Shown: positions 55,211 to 64,000 of the stretch, piece after piece
How positions within the stretch are numbered: position 1 is the stretch's first letter
Layout: each line of letters opens with the position of its first letter
Assembly: GCA_043814605.1 (NCBI GenBank)
Contig: JBDRJV010000010.1
Coordinates: 1,340-65,339 of the forward strand
Direction: 5' to 3'
DNA: 64,000 bases
Origin: Candidatus Omnitrophota bacterium
Lineage (GTDB): Bacteria; Omnitrophota; Gorgyraeia; B26-G9
Notes under the pieces: generated by a model
What the model was told of the DNA's origin: nothing
Databases searched by the model: none
What the model saw: the letters and a program-made list of their open reading frames with translations, nothing else
Position numbers and translations under genes: made by a program

Positions 55211-56994
55211 ATTTATATTTCAGGTTATTAAGATTTATTAAACCGCATATGTTCACATTATCATTGGCAGTTTTATTTATGGTTTTTTCTGCATTCTTTG
55301 ATAGCGTATCATTAACAATGTTAGTGCCCTTGAGTGATAAAGTTCTCAGCCAAAATCCGATAATTTTTGACCGGCCATTACCTGAATTTTTAACTGTTTT
55401 AATTAATAAAATTAATGTAACAGAGTCTTTAGTGCTGCTTAATTTTACGGTCATCGCAATTATAATTTTATTTATTTTAAAAGGGCTGTTTTTCTTTGGC
55501 CGTACATATTTAATCACAAAATTAAGCCAATTGGTTATTCGGGATATTCGAGACGGGATTTATAAAAAGATTCAAAATTTTTCTCTTGATTATTTTACGC
55601 AAAGTGCAACCGGACACCTTGTTTCCCGGATAACTTATGATGTAGATATCTTAAAAGGGATAATCTCTGTCGGGATAACAGATTTAGTATATCAATTTTT
55701 GACAATGATATTTTTGGCATCCATAGTTTTTTATATCAACTGGAAATGGGCATTAATGTCGGTGGGAATTATTCCTATTGTCGCATTTCCGATTTTTAGT
55801 ATCGGGAAAGTGATTAAAAAAATTAGCACACAAGCCCAGGAAAAAATGGGAGATTTAAATCGTAAATTATTTGAAACTATTTCCGGGGTTAGAATCGTAA
55901 AAGCATTTTCTATGGAAGATGAAGAAATTAATAAAGTAGGAAATCATAACAATGCTTTTTATAAAATTATGATGCGGATGCAAAGAAGGACTCTCTTGCT
56001 TGGGCCCATGACAGAAATTATCGGTGCTTGCGGCGGAGCCGTGGTGCTTTATTATGGAGGGCGGGAGGTTATAAATCAGCAAATGTCTTTTGGGATTTTC
56101 GTTTTATTTTTAGGGGCTTTGTTATCATTGATCCGGCCTTGCCGCAGATTGAGTGAAATCCACAGTATTAATCAGCAAGGACTGGCTGCGGCAAGACGTG
56201 TATTTGACATCTTAGATGCACCGATAAAAGTAACGGAGAAAAAAGATGCGATTGAATTACCCCTTATAAGTAAAGAGATTGTTTTTGAAAATTTAAGTTT
56301 TGGTTACGATGAAAAAATGATTTTAGAAAATATTAATTTGAAGGTCAAAAAGGGGGAAGTTATTGGTTTGGTAGGGGCGAGCGGGGTGGGAAAAACAACA
56401 TTGGTTAATTTAATCCCGCGTTTTTATGATCCGATTAAAGGCGCAGTTAAAATCGATGGTATTGACTTAAAAGATGTAACTTTTAAATCTTTGAGAAAAC
56501 AAATAGGTATTGTTACCCAGGATTTAATGCTTTTCCATGACAGTGTAAAAAATAATATTGCCTACAGCCGTGAAGATGCGAGTGAGGAAGAGATAATCAA
56601 AGCCGCAAAAGTAGCCGAAGCGCATGATTTTATTATAGAGTTACCGCAAGGATATGACACTGTTATCGGGGATATGGGGATGAAACTTTCCGGCGGTCAA
56701 AAGCAGCGTTTAGCCATAGCGCGAGCAGTTCTAGACAATCCGCCGATTCTGATATTGGACGAAGCAACTTCTCAATTAGATGCGGAATCCACCCGTTTGG
56801 TACAAGAAGCGTTGGATAAATTATTAGTAAACCGGACAGCATTTGTAATTGCCCATCGCCTGGCGACAGTGAAAAAACTGGAACGAATTCTTGTTTTTGA
56901 TGATGGTAAGATTATTGAAGAAGGTACACATAATGAATTAATGAGAAAAAACGGGCCATATAAGAAACTCTTTAATTTAGAATTTCTCGCATAA
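55207..56994 (+). CDS. msbA: ABC transporter permease/ATPase, MsbA-like lipid exporter
   Basis: Six-TM domain followed by an NBD with Walker A GASGVGKTT, LSGGQKQR and Walker B ILILDEATS. Confidence 0.85.
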   Translation: MNLYFRLLRFIKPHMFTLSLAVLFMVFSAFFDSVSLTMLVPLSDKVLSQNPIIFDRPLPEFLTVLINKINVTESLVLLNFTVIAIIILFILKGLFFFGRTYLITKLSQLVIRDIRDGIYKKIQNFSLDYFTQSATGHLVSRITYDVDILKGIISVGITDLVYQFLTMIFLASIVFYINWKWALMSVGIIPIVAFPIFSIGKVIKKISTQAQEKMGDLNRKLFETISGVRIVKAFSMEDEEINKVGNHNNAFYKIMMRMQRRTLLLGPMTEIIGACGGAVVLYYGGREVINQQMSFGIFVLFLGALLSLIRPCRRLSEIHSINQQGLAAARRVFDILDAPIKVTEKKDAIELPLISKEIVFENLSFGYDEKMILENINLKVKKGEVIGLVGASGVGKTTLVNLIPRFYDPIKGAVKIDGIDLKDVTFKSLRKQIGIVTQDLMLFHDSVKNNIAYSREDASEEEIIKAAKVAEAHDFIIELPQGYDTVIGDMGMKLSGGQKQRLAIARAVLDNPPILILDEATSQLDAESTRLVQEALDKLLVNRTAFVIAHRLATVKKLERILVFDDGKIIEEGTHNELMRKNGPYKKLFNLEFLA

Positions 56995-57188
56995 ATAATT
57001 GCTTTAAAAATAAATTTTTAGTATAACCTTAAGAAACATATAAAGATATAATTTTTTAAAAAAATATAAAAAATGCTTGTAAAAATAAAAAGTTATGATA
57101 TAGTATTAAAACATTAAATAATTAATTTTCTTAGAAATATTAAATTTTTGAAACTTCAGTAATTTTTTTAATTAAAAGGAGGAATAAT

Positions 57189-58040
57189 TTGGCAGTTTCT
57201 ATAAAAGAACTATTAGAAGCAGGGGTACATTTCGGCCACCAAACTAAGCGTTGGAACCCAAAAATGGCAAATTATATTTTTGGAGAACGAAATGGGATTT
57301 ATATTATAAATTTGGAAAAAACAGAAAAAGAGCTTGAAAACGCTTGCCAGTTTTTATTAAAAATTGCCAGCCGGGGAGAGAACATTCTTTTTGTCGGAAC
57401 TAAGAAACAGGCTCAGCAGGCAGTTGTGGATGAAGCTAATCGCTGCGGCATGTTTTTTGTTGATCAACGCTGGCTGGGGGGTACGCTGACAAATTTTGAA
57501 ACTATTCGTAAAAGTATAAAGCGTTTGGATCAGCTGGAAAAAATGCGGGATGATGGAACTTTTGATAAGCTGAAAAAGAAAGAAATTGCAGTTTTCAACA
57601 AAGAAATGTCTAAATTACTTAAAAATTTAGGCGGGATCAGAACCATGAACAAGTTGCCGAGTGCAATTTTTATTGTTGATGTTAAAAAGGAAGAGACGGC
57701 AGTAAAAGAAGCGCGTCGTTTAAATATTCCGGTGGTAGCTTTAGTGGATACAAATTCCGATCCGGACATTATTGATTATGTTATTCCCGGTAATGATGAT
57801 GCCATAAAATCAATCCGGTTAGTTGCCGCAACAATTGCCGATGCAATTTTAGAAGGTAAAAGTAAGTATTTAAAAACTGATGCTGCTGCGCCGAAAAAAG
57901 AAGAAGTTATCGATAAGGCTGAAAAAATTGAAAAAAAAGAAGATGCTCAAGTAAAAAAATCTGAACCTAGGATAAAAAAACAAGAAACAGCAACTTCTGT
58001 AAAAAGGGGAGCAAAAGCAAAAAGAAAGGTTGAAAAGTAA
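57189..58040 (+). CDS. rpsB: 30S ribosomal protein S2
   Basis: [19 protein letters not shown] start and a C-terminal K/E-rich tail. Confidence 0.95.
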   Translation: MAVSIKELLEAGVHFGHQTKRWNPKMANYIFGERNGIYIINLEKTEKELENACQFLLKIASRGENILFVGTKKQAQQAVVDEANRCGMFFVDQRWLGGTLTNFETIRKSIKRLDQLEKMRDDGTFDKLKKKEIAVFNKEMSKLLKNLGGIRTMNKLPSAIFIVDVKKEETAVKEARRLNIPVVALVDTNSDPDIIDYVIPGNDDAIKSIRLVAATIADAILEGKSKYLKTDAAAPKKEEVIDKAEKIEKKEDAQVKKSEPRIKKQETATSVKRGAKAKRKVEK

Positions 58041-58633
58041 TGGCCGTATCTACAGAACAAATTAAGCTTTTAAGAGAAAAAACCGGCGCCGGGTTTATGG
58101 ATTGCAAAAAAGTTCTCTCTGAAACCGGGGGTGACATTGAAAAAGCAATTGCGGAATTGAGAAAAAAAGGTCTGGCTGTAGCTGCGAAAAGGTCCGGGCG
58201 TACAGCTAAAGAAGGATTGGTCGAGTCTTATATCCATATGGGCGGTAAAATCGGAGTTATGGTTGAAATAAATTGTGAAACTGATTTTGTGGCCCGGAAT
58301 GAAGATTTTAAACAATTTGTGAAAGATGTAGCAATGCACATTGCTGCGGCAAATCCAACCTATCTTAATAGTGATGAGGTGCCTGAGGAAATTATCGAAA
58401 GAGAAAAAGATATCATTAAATCTCAAGCTGGAAATAAACCGGCAAATGTTGTCGAAAAAATGATTGCGGGTAAATTAAATAAATTTTATCAAGAGGTCTG
58501 TCTTTTAGACCAGCCTTTTGTTAAGGATGATAAAATAAGTATTAAAGATTATTTAAATTCTGTTATCGCTAAAATTGGTGAAAATATTTTAATCCGAAGA
58601 TTTGCCCGTTTCCAGCTAGGAGAGGAGTTATAA
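58040..58633 (+). CDS. tsf: elongation factor Ts
   Basis: [19 protein letters not shown]-like N-terminus. Confidence 0.9.
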   Translation: MAVSTEQIKLLREKTGAGFMDCKKVLSETGGDIEKAIAELRKKGLAVAAKRSGRTAKEGLVESYIHMGGKIGVMVEINCETDFVARNEDFKQFVKDVAMHIAAANPTYLNSDEVPEEIIEREKDIIKSQAGNKPANVVEKMIAGKLNKFYQEVCLLDQPFVKDDKISIKDYLNSVIAKIGENILIRRFARFQLGEEL

Positions 58634-58635
58634 TT

Positions 58636-59355
58636 TTGAAGAAAAAACCAGCATTCCGCCGAATTGTGCTCAAGCTCAGCGGTGAAGCATTGCAAAATGC
58701 CAAAAAAGGTTACGGTATTGATGCGGGTGTGCTTTTAGAAATAGCGGAGCAATTGAAGGAAATTAAAAGTCTGGGGTTGGAAATTGCCGTGATTGTTGGT
58801 GCAGGTAATATTTTTCGTGCGGCTTCCACCATCGGCCGGGCGATTGAAAGGGTTACCGCGGATTACATGGGGATGCTTGCCACGGTTATTAATGGCCTGG
58901 CTTTACAAGATGCTTTAGAAAAATTAGGTGTACATACCCGTGTCCAAACAGCTATTGATATGCAGGAACTAGCGGAACCTTATATCCGCAGAAAAGCGGT
59001 CCGGCATTTAGAAAAAGGCAGAATTGTAATTTTTACGGGCGGCACGGGAAATCCGTATTTTACAACTGATACCGCGGCTGCTCTCAGAGCGACAGAGATA
59101 AATGCTGATGTTATTTTGAAGGCAACTAAAGTTGACGGTGTTTATTCTGATGATCCGGTTAAAAATAAAAAAGCGAAAAAATTTAATAAATTAAGCTACA
59201 TTGAAGTAGTTAATAAAAACCTCAAGGTGATGGATCGTACAGCGGTGACACTTTGCATGGAAAACAAATTACCGATTGTGGTTTTTAATTTATTCAAAAA
59301 AGGTAATATTAAAAGAGCAGTTTTGGGCGAAAACATTGGTACGCTTGTTGAGTAA
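58636..59355 (+). CDS. pyrH: UMP kinase
   Basis: [11 protein letters not shown]...GAGNIFRG...[13 protein letters not shown]. Confidence 0.9.
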   Translation: MKKKPAFRRIVLKLSGEALQNAKKGYGIDAGVLLEIAEQLKEIKSLGLEIAVIVGAGNIFRAASTIGRAIERVTADYMGMLATVINGLALQDALEKLGVHTRVQTAIDMQELAEPYIRRKAVRHLEKGRIVIFTGGTGNPYFTTDTAAALRATEINADVILKATKVDGVYSDDPVKNKKAKKFNKLSYIEVVNKNLKVMDRTAVTLCMENKLPIVVFNLFKKGNIKRAVLGENIGTLVE

Positions 59356-59381
59356 TTAATATTAATTAGCAGGAGGTATTC

Positions 59382-59942
59382 ATGGGTGTTAAAGAAATTA
59401 TTCGTCAGACAGAAGATAAGATGAAGAAATCCGTGGATGTAATTGTAAACGATTTTAGTGCAATTAGAACTGGCCGGGCCAATTCCGGATTAGTTGAAGG
59501 CATTAGAGTTGATTACTATGGCACGCCGACGCCTCTTAAGCAATTAGCCGGGATTTCTATTCCTGAGGCAAGATTAATTGTAATTCAGCCGTGGGATCCT
59601 TCTTGTATCGGTGCGATTGAAAAAGCAATTTTAAAATCAGAATTAGGCATTACCCCTTCTAATGACGGGAAGGTAATTCGCTTGAGCGTACCGCCTTTGA
59701 CCAAAGAAAGGCGGGCAGAATTAGTTAAAGTTGTTTATAAGCTGACGGAAGAAGGCCGTATTTCAATTCGGGCTATAAGACGTGAAGCTAATGAGAGTTT
59801 AAAAAAACAAGAGAAAGATAAAAATATTACGGAAGATGACAGTTTTAAAGGTCACGAAGATATTCAAAAATTGACGGACAAATATATAAAGCAGTTAGAA
59901 GACCTTTCCCAGAAAAAAGAAGCAGATATCATGGAAGTATAG
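59382..59942 (+). CDS. frr: ribosome recycling factor
   Basis: RTGRANSGLVEGIRVDYYGTPTPL...IPPLTEERR. Confidence 0.9.
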   Translation: MGVKEIIRQTEDKMKKSVDVIVNDFSAIRTGRANSGLVEGIRVDYYGTPTPLKQLAGISIPEARLIVIQPWDPSCIGAIEKAILKSELGITPSNDGKVIRLSVPPLTKERRAELVKVVYKLTEEGRISIRAIRREANESLKKQEKDKNITEDDSFKGHEDIQKLTDKYIKQLEDLSQKKEADIMEV

Positions 59943-60017
59943 CAGGCAGCAGGTTGCAAGTAGCATGTAGCAGGCTAGTTATTTGAAATAAAAAAATATT
60001 TTTGTATAGAATTTAGT

Positions 60018-60093
60018 GGGCCGCTAGCTCATCTGGTAGAGCACCGCCCTTTTAAGGCGGTTGTGCTTGGTTCGAGACCAAGGCGGCTCACCA
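60018..60093 (+). tRNA. tRNA-Lys (anticodon UUU)
   Basis: Cloverleaf with anticodon loop CTTTTAA. T-arm TTCGAGA and CCA end. Confidence 0.8.
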
Positions 60094-60170
60094 TCTTTTG
60101 CTTATTTTAAGAACTATCAAATAAATAAGCTACAGATGGCAGGCCACTCAAAAAAATTTAAAAATTAAAC

Positions 60171-60248
60171 GTCCCCATCGTCTAGTTAGGTCTAGGACAA
60201 CAGATTTTCGATCTGTCGACAGGGGTTCAAATCCCCTTGGGGACGCCA
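60171..60248 (+). tRNA. tRNA-Glu (anticodon UUC)
   Basis: Strong similarity to canonical tRNA-Glu (GTCCCC..TCTAG...GGGGTTCAAATCCCC..GGGACGCCA). Anticodon loop TTTTCGA. Confidence 0.8.
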
Positions 60249-60256
60249 TAAAAATA

Positions 60257-60290
60257 AAACCACCCATGCAATTCGGGTGGTTTTTATTTT
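60257..60290 (+). terminator. intrinsic terminator after tRNA-Glu
   Basis: AAACCACCC-loop-GGGTGGTTT followed by a T-rich tract. Confidence 0.6.
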
Positions 60291-60351
60291 TATCACCGTA
60301 GCTGGGATTTGAAGCAAGCGAACGCAGACCTTTTAGATTCTTGGATTCTAA

Positions 60352-61098
60352 TAGGGACAGCGACTATTTTATTGACTTTTTTTGCGATGATTTGTATTAT
60401 AATCATATGCCAAGAATAGCCAGATTAGTAGCCGTTGATTTGCCGCATCATATAACGCAGCGAGGTAATTATCAAAATGATATTTTTAAAGATGATGCAG
60501 ATAAGCAAATGTATATGGAGTTTATTTCTGAAGCGAGTAAGAAATTTGATCTTACAATACTAGCGTATTGCTTAATGAATAATCATGTTCATTTTATTGC
60601 AATCCCCCGAGAAGCAAATTCTTTAGCCAAAACCTTTAATACCGCCCACATGAGATATTCTCAATATTTTAATAAGAGACAAGGAGTAAAAGGGCATTTA
60701 TGGCAGGGAAGGTTTTACTCCTGTGTTTTAGATGAAGGACATTTTTTAGCCGCAATACGTTATATAGAAAGAAATCCTGTTCGGGCAAAGATAGTGAAGA
60801 AAGCCTGGGAATGGAAGTATTCTAGTGCGGGAGCGCATATTGGCAAAGATGAAAAATATTTAAATTCAGTAAAACAAATTTTTAAATATATTGATTTTAA
60901 TGAAAAAAGCTGGAAAGAGTACATCGAAAGGCAAGATAAAGAAGAAGATAAAAAGCAGATTAAAAAGCATACGATGAATGGCCGGCCTTTAGGAGAAGCC
61001 TCTTTTATTGCAAAATTAGAAAAAAACAGCGGAAGGCGATTACATGCTTTAGCTTGGGGAAGGCCTCCCAAAGCTAAATAAAATGGTCGCTGTCCCTA
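60352..61098 (+). mobile_element. compact IS200/IS605-family-like (Y1 HuH transposase / RAYT-like) element bounded by 13-bp perfect inverted repeats
   Basis: TAGGGACAGCGAC at 60352-60364 and its reverse complement GTCGCTGTCCCTA at 61086-61098 flank a single transposase ORF. Confidence 0.65.
60407..61081 (+). CDS. tnpA: Y1 (HuH) transposase, IS200-like / REP-associated tyrosine transposase-like (likely ATG 60407; ORF track TTG 60341)
   Basis: HuH motif LMNNHVHFIA and a catalytic-Tyr region (GHLWQGRFYS) typical of COG1943/Y1_Tnp. Confidence 0.75.
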   Translation: MPRIARLVAVDLPHHITQRGNYQNDIFKDDADKQMYMEFISEASKKFDLTILAYCLMNNHVHFIAIPREANSLAKTFNTAHMRYSQYFNKRQGVKGHLWQGRFYSCVLDEGHFLAAIRYIERNPVRAKIVKKAWEWKYSSAGAHIGKDEKYLNSVKQIFKYIDFNEKSWKEYIERQDKEEDKKQIKKHTMNGRPLGEASFIAKLEKNSGRRLHALAWGRPPKAK

Positions 61099-61103
61099 TT
61101 TAA

Positions 61104-61349
61104 CATGAAAATAGTATCGAATCGCTGGTTTCGTCTTTCGGCCGCAAAATAATAAAAAAAAATCTCAAACTTACACCCAAAGAGATCGAGATTTGCAATA
61201 TGGTCAAATTCGGCCTGACGACCAAGGAAATAACAAGTCTTTTAAATACTTCCTCTCTGACAATCGATAAACATCGCAGGAATATCCGCAGAAAACTCGG
61301 CCTTTCGCACAAGGATATAAACTTAACCTCTTATCTGCAAAGCCTTTAA
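61104..61349 (+). pseudogene. 5'-truncated LuxR/GerE-type HTH regulator fragment (C-terminal HTH only, no usable start)
   Basis: The open frame encodes LTPKEIEICNMVKFGLTTKEITSLLNTSSLTIDKHRRNIRRKLGL (LuxR_C HTH consensus). The frame opens 5 nt after the IS right inverted repeat. There is no ATG/GTG/TTG upstream of the HTH. Confidence 0.55.
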
Positions 61350-61698
61350 ATCAGTGATCCCAATAAAATCTTAATAGGTATTTCTTCACTAGTGTCCGGT
61401 TATAAGTTGAATAATTCTAGTTGGTTACAAGAATCAGTTAATTTGTTGTTGTATTCATAATCTGTAAGTAGTTGTAATATCGGCACTTTCTCAAAAATAG
61501 TAACACTAAAAATCTGTAAAATTGTGTAGAGATTTAACTTTATTTTTAGCTGTTTTTTGATAATTGCTATTAGCACATATATGGAAATAGCTATCCAAAT
61601 TTGGGTTTTCACCGCATTTTCTGATTTATTTGAAAAAAGGAGGATATTCAGGTATACTTTAGTGCTTATTAACTAAAGGAAAAAAATAGGGAAAAAAA

Positions 61699-63183
61699 GT
61701 GAAACTCACAGTAAATACTACTTTTAGAATAATTGCTATCTTTATTATTGCAACATTTTTAACGTTAGATATTGCCTGGGCTTATCCAGTTAATATCCAT
61801 AAGGATAATCTTACTACTGAGTGTCTTTCTCCCAAAGTAGCAATATTTGCAGATAGTTTTTCTTTTGCATACAACAATTTTTACACCTTAAAAAGCAAAA
61901 CCAATATAGAACAATCCTCATTCCTTACAAACAAAAATCAGATACAGAGAAAAAATCCTATAAAAAGACTGGTTTTGAAAATAATCCCTTTATTATTAGT
62001 TTCCTCACTCATATCTGGAATTGTAATATTCTATTTTGTCCCTGTTCTGGATATTGCTGTCTTAACCAAAGTCACGGGAATACTTATTGCCATAAATATC
62101 GGCTACGCAATTATCACAACTAGGACATTAAAAAAAGAAGGCATATTAGAACAGGGTTTTCTAAAAAATCCTTGGTCTCGGGCTTTATTAGTAAATTTTT
62201 CCATAGTTTCTTTGTACATCTTATACTTAATCGAGCTTTGCAATTTTCATGCATTACAGAAATTAGGATACTATCCTCATGAGATCAAGTCTCAAGCCTT
62301 ATATACTCTTACCGAACTTCAAGTATCTAGCGGCCTAATCAAAAACTTTTATAGTGAAGAAAATCTAGTCAAAAGTGCGTTTGAAAAAGCAAAAGATGAT
62401 TATCCCTATAAAAGACACTTATACGATATTAATGAGGTATTTGAAACAAATCGCGCTAATTGTTTAGGAAAAGCACAACTAGTTTATTCTGAATTAAAAG
62501 CATTAGGGTTAAATGTTGATTTAGTTTATCAATATCCTTATCATTATTTTGTCTTAGTTCATTATTCTAACGGAAAATCTCAAATTATTGATTCAAGCAT
62601 GCAATGGTTAAGCCCTATTTTTATTTTCAATAAAGCATATAAACAAATCGATGACGGATACAGCAAATACCAAGGCAATCAAACAAAAAAAGAATTTAAC
62701 AAAGATTATCAATACATCAAAATTTTAAAAAATGAAAATCAATTAAAATCAACCAAGCACTTAGCTTTTATTTTCAACTTATTGTCCTCGGGCTGGGAAA
62801 ACAAAGATCGAGAAAAATTAGAAGAAGCTATCAAACTATTAAAATCAACAATATCACTAGAAGGAGAGTCATTTGAAACCAGAATGACCATGGGAAGAAT
62901 TTTTTGGAGATTAGGCGATAACAATAATGCACGCATACATTTTAAAAAAGCAGAAAAAATCAGCCCTTCTTATTTTGAAGATGCAGCAAAAGAAGACAAA
63001 ATAAATATCCCTGCTCTTCGAAGATTAATGGGAAAATACAAAAAAAAGAAAAAACAACAGGCAAGCAAAGCAGATGCAGCCGCAAAAGATGAACCTTTTA
63101 TCCTGCCAAGTAGTATAGTAATATTTAGTAGAAAACAACAAAACTTACTGACGAGTAATACTCTTATATTCCAAGCAATTTAA
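61699..63183 (+). CDS. membrane-anchored protein with the conserved N-terminal module (4th paralog), transglutaminase-like Cys-His-Asp core candidate and TPR-like C-terminus
   Basis: N-terminus RIIAIFIIATFLTLDI...CLSPKV is homologous to the three giant proteins. NRANCLGKAQL...YHYFVLVHY...IIDSS matches the C-H-D order of transglutaminase-like peptidases. Confidence 0.4.
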   Translation: MKLTVNTTFRIIAIFIIATFLTLDIAWAYPVNIHKDNLTTECLSPKVAIFADSFSFAYNNFYTLKSKTNIEQSSFLTNKNQIQRKNPIKRLVLKIIPLLLVSSLISGIVIFYFVPVLDIAVLTKVTGILIAINIGYAIITTRTLKKEGILEQGFLKNPWSRALLVNFSIVSLYILYLIELCNFHALQKLGYYPHEIKSQALYTLTELQVSSGLIKNFYSEENLVKSAFEKAKDDYPYKRHLYDINEVFETNRANCLGKAQLVYSELKALGLNVDLVYQYPYHYFVLVHYSNGKSQIIDSSMQWLSPIFIFNKAYKQIDDGYSKYQGNQTKKEFNKDYQYIKILKNENQLKSTKHLAFIFNLLSSGWENKDREKLEEAIKLLKSTISLEGESFETRMTMGRIFWRLGDNNNARIHFKKAEKISPSYFEDAAKEDKINIPALRRLMGKYKKKKKQQASKADAAAKDEPFILPSSIVIFSRKQQNLLTSNTLIFQAI

Positions 63184-63475
63184 TTTTAATACATGTTTAG
63201 CGAATATTTGTACATTAAAAAAATAGTTAATTATTCCAACATGCTTTACTTGATATAACTCTCAAAAACTCTATTACTTAACCGTATCTTATATTCCTCG
63301 ATTTCGCTCAGGATAAGTTTTTTCGCCGCCGCAATTTTGATAGAACTTGCCTAAAACTTTCCCTCGATATACAATATACCCGCTGTATAAATTAAAAATT
63401 TCAAATAATTTCAAATTACGAATTGCTTGACAAAATAATTTGTTATGGTAATTTATTACCATAACCATGGTGAAA

Positions 63476-64000
63476 AGATGATATCCTTACGTTCAAAAGT
63501 GACAATAAAATTACTGGATTACTATTTTCTCAATCCTGAAGCGCAAGTCTACATTAATGAGCTGGCAAGGATTTTGGAACTTGATCCCAAGAATACTGAA
63601 ACCAAGCTTAAAGAGATGGAAAAAGAAGGCCTCTTTAAGAGCGAATTCCGCGGAAAACAAAGGTATTTTTTCCTTGCAAAAGATAATCCGGTTTTAAAGC
63701 ATTACCGTCAGATTTTCCTGAAAACCTACGGCATAGAAAAGAGGCTCAAAGACGCGTTAAGCGGTATTAAAGGGCTCAGGGAAGCGTACCTGTTTGGTTC
63801 ATACGCGAGCAATAAGATGGATTCTTCAAGCGACATCGATCTTTTAGCCATTGGCACGCATTCTGTTTTGGAATTACAAAGAGTCGCCACTAAATGGCAG
63901 AAAGATACGGGCCGGGAATTTAATGTAACAAACCTAAACTCGCAGGAATTTGCGGCAAAGAAAAAAGACAAGAACCATTTTATAAATAGCGTCTTTAAAA
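63476..64000 (+). CDS. winged-HTH + minimal nucleotidyltransferase (MNT-like) domain protein, 3'-partial (runs off window)
   Basis: The N-terminus is a wHTH. GSYASN...SSDIDLLA is the GS-x9-DxD NTase-fold motif. No stop occurs before the window end. Confidence 0.45.

Noticed and set aside
1-64000. CRISPR arrays, rRNA genes, integrases/recombinases, restriction-modification or recognisable phage genes
   Set aside because: There are no regularly spaced direct repeats and no rRNA-like segments. No tyrosine or serine recombinase signatures were seen, so none is reported.

Overview
This is a low-GC (about 35%) bacterial chromosomal window from a probable Gram-negative anaerobe; a TonB C-terminal domain, pseudopilins, an MsbA-like exporter and Bcd/EtfAB genes support that reading, but the phylum cannot be assigned from sequence. 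The core content is mostly syntenic housekeeping genes. These include a T2SS/T4P-like pseudopilin set, rsmD, coaD, pta-ackA, yceD-rpmF-plsX-fabD-fabG-acpP-fabF, an acyl-CoA dehydrogenase with a homopolymer frameshift, etfBA and smc. Further along are an amidase-murI-queD/C/E/F cluster, class I fumarase alpha/beta subunits, rph, rdgB, msbA, rpsB-tsf-pyrH-frr, tRNA-Lys/Glu and smpB-ssrA. The most interesting part is an accessory-looking block downstream of tRNA-Leu (about 27.3-42.8 kb). It starts with two tandem long-loop hairpins that straddle an extended -10 promoter. It encodes an unknown 567-aa membrane protein and then three consecutive giant membrane proteins that share a conserved roughly 60-aa N-terminal signal-anchor/'LSP' module. 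One is a 1697-aa HD + cNMP-binding + GGDEF protein; another carries an HExxH motif fused to a degenerate uridine-kinase-like domain. A GH116 glucosylceramidase-like hydrolase follows, and a fourth paralog with the same N-terminal module lies at 61.7 kb. Other notable items are an SMC protein carrying a CBM48/AMPK-beta-like carbohydrate-binding domain inside its hinge, and a tmRNA 3'-end/trailer direct repeat (about 70 bp) bracketing a 230-bp segment with its own promoter. Beside that repeat sits an envelope-modification-like operon (LtaS-family transferase plus a kinase-like/methyltransferase fusion). An IS200-like Y1 transposase with 13-bp inverted repeats is inserted downstream of tRNA-Glu and truncates a LuxR-type regulator, and two repeated 5'-leader motifs were also found.
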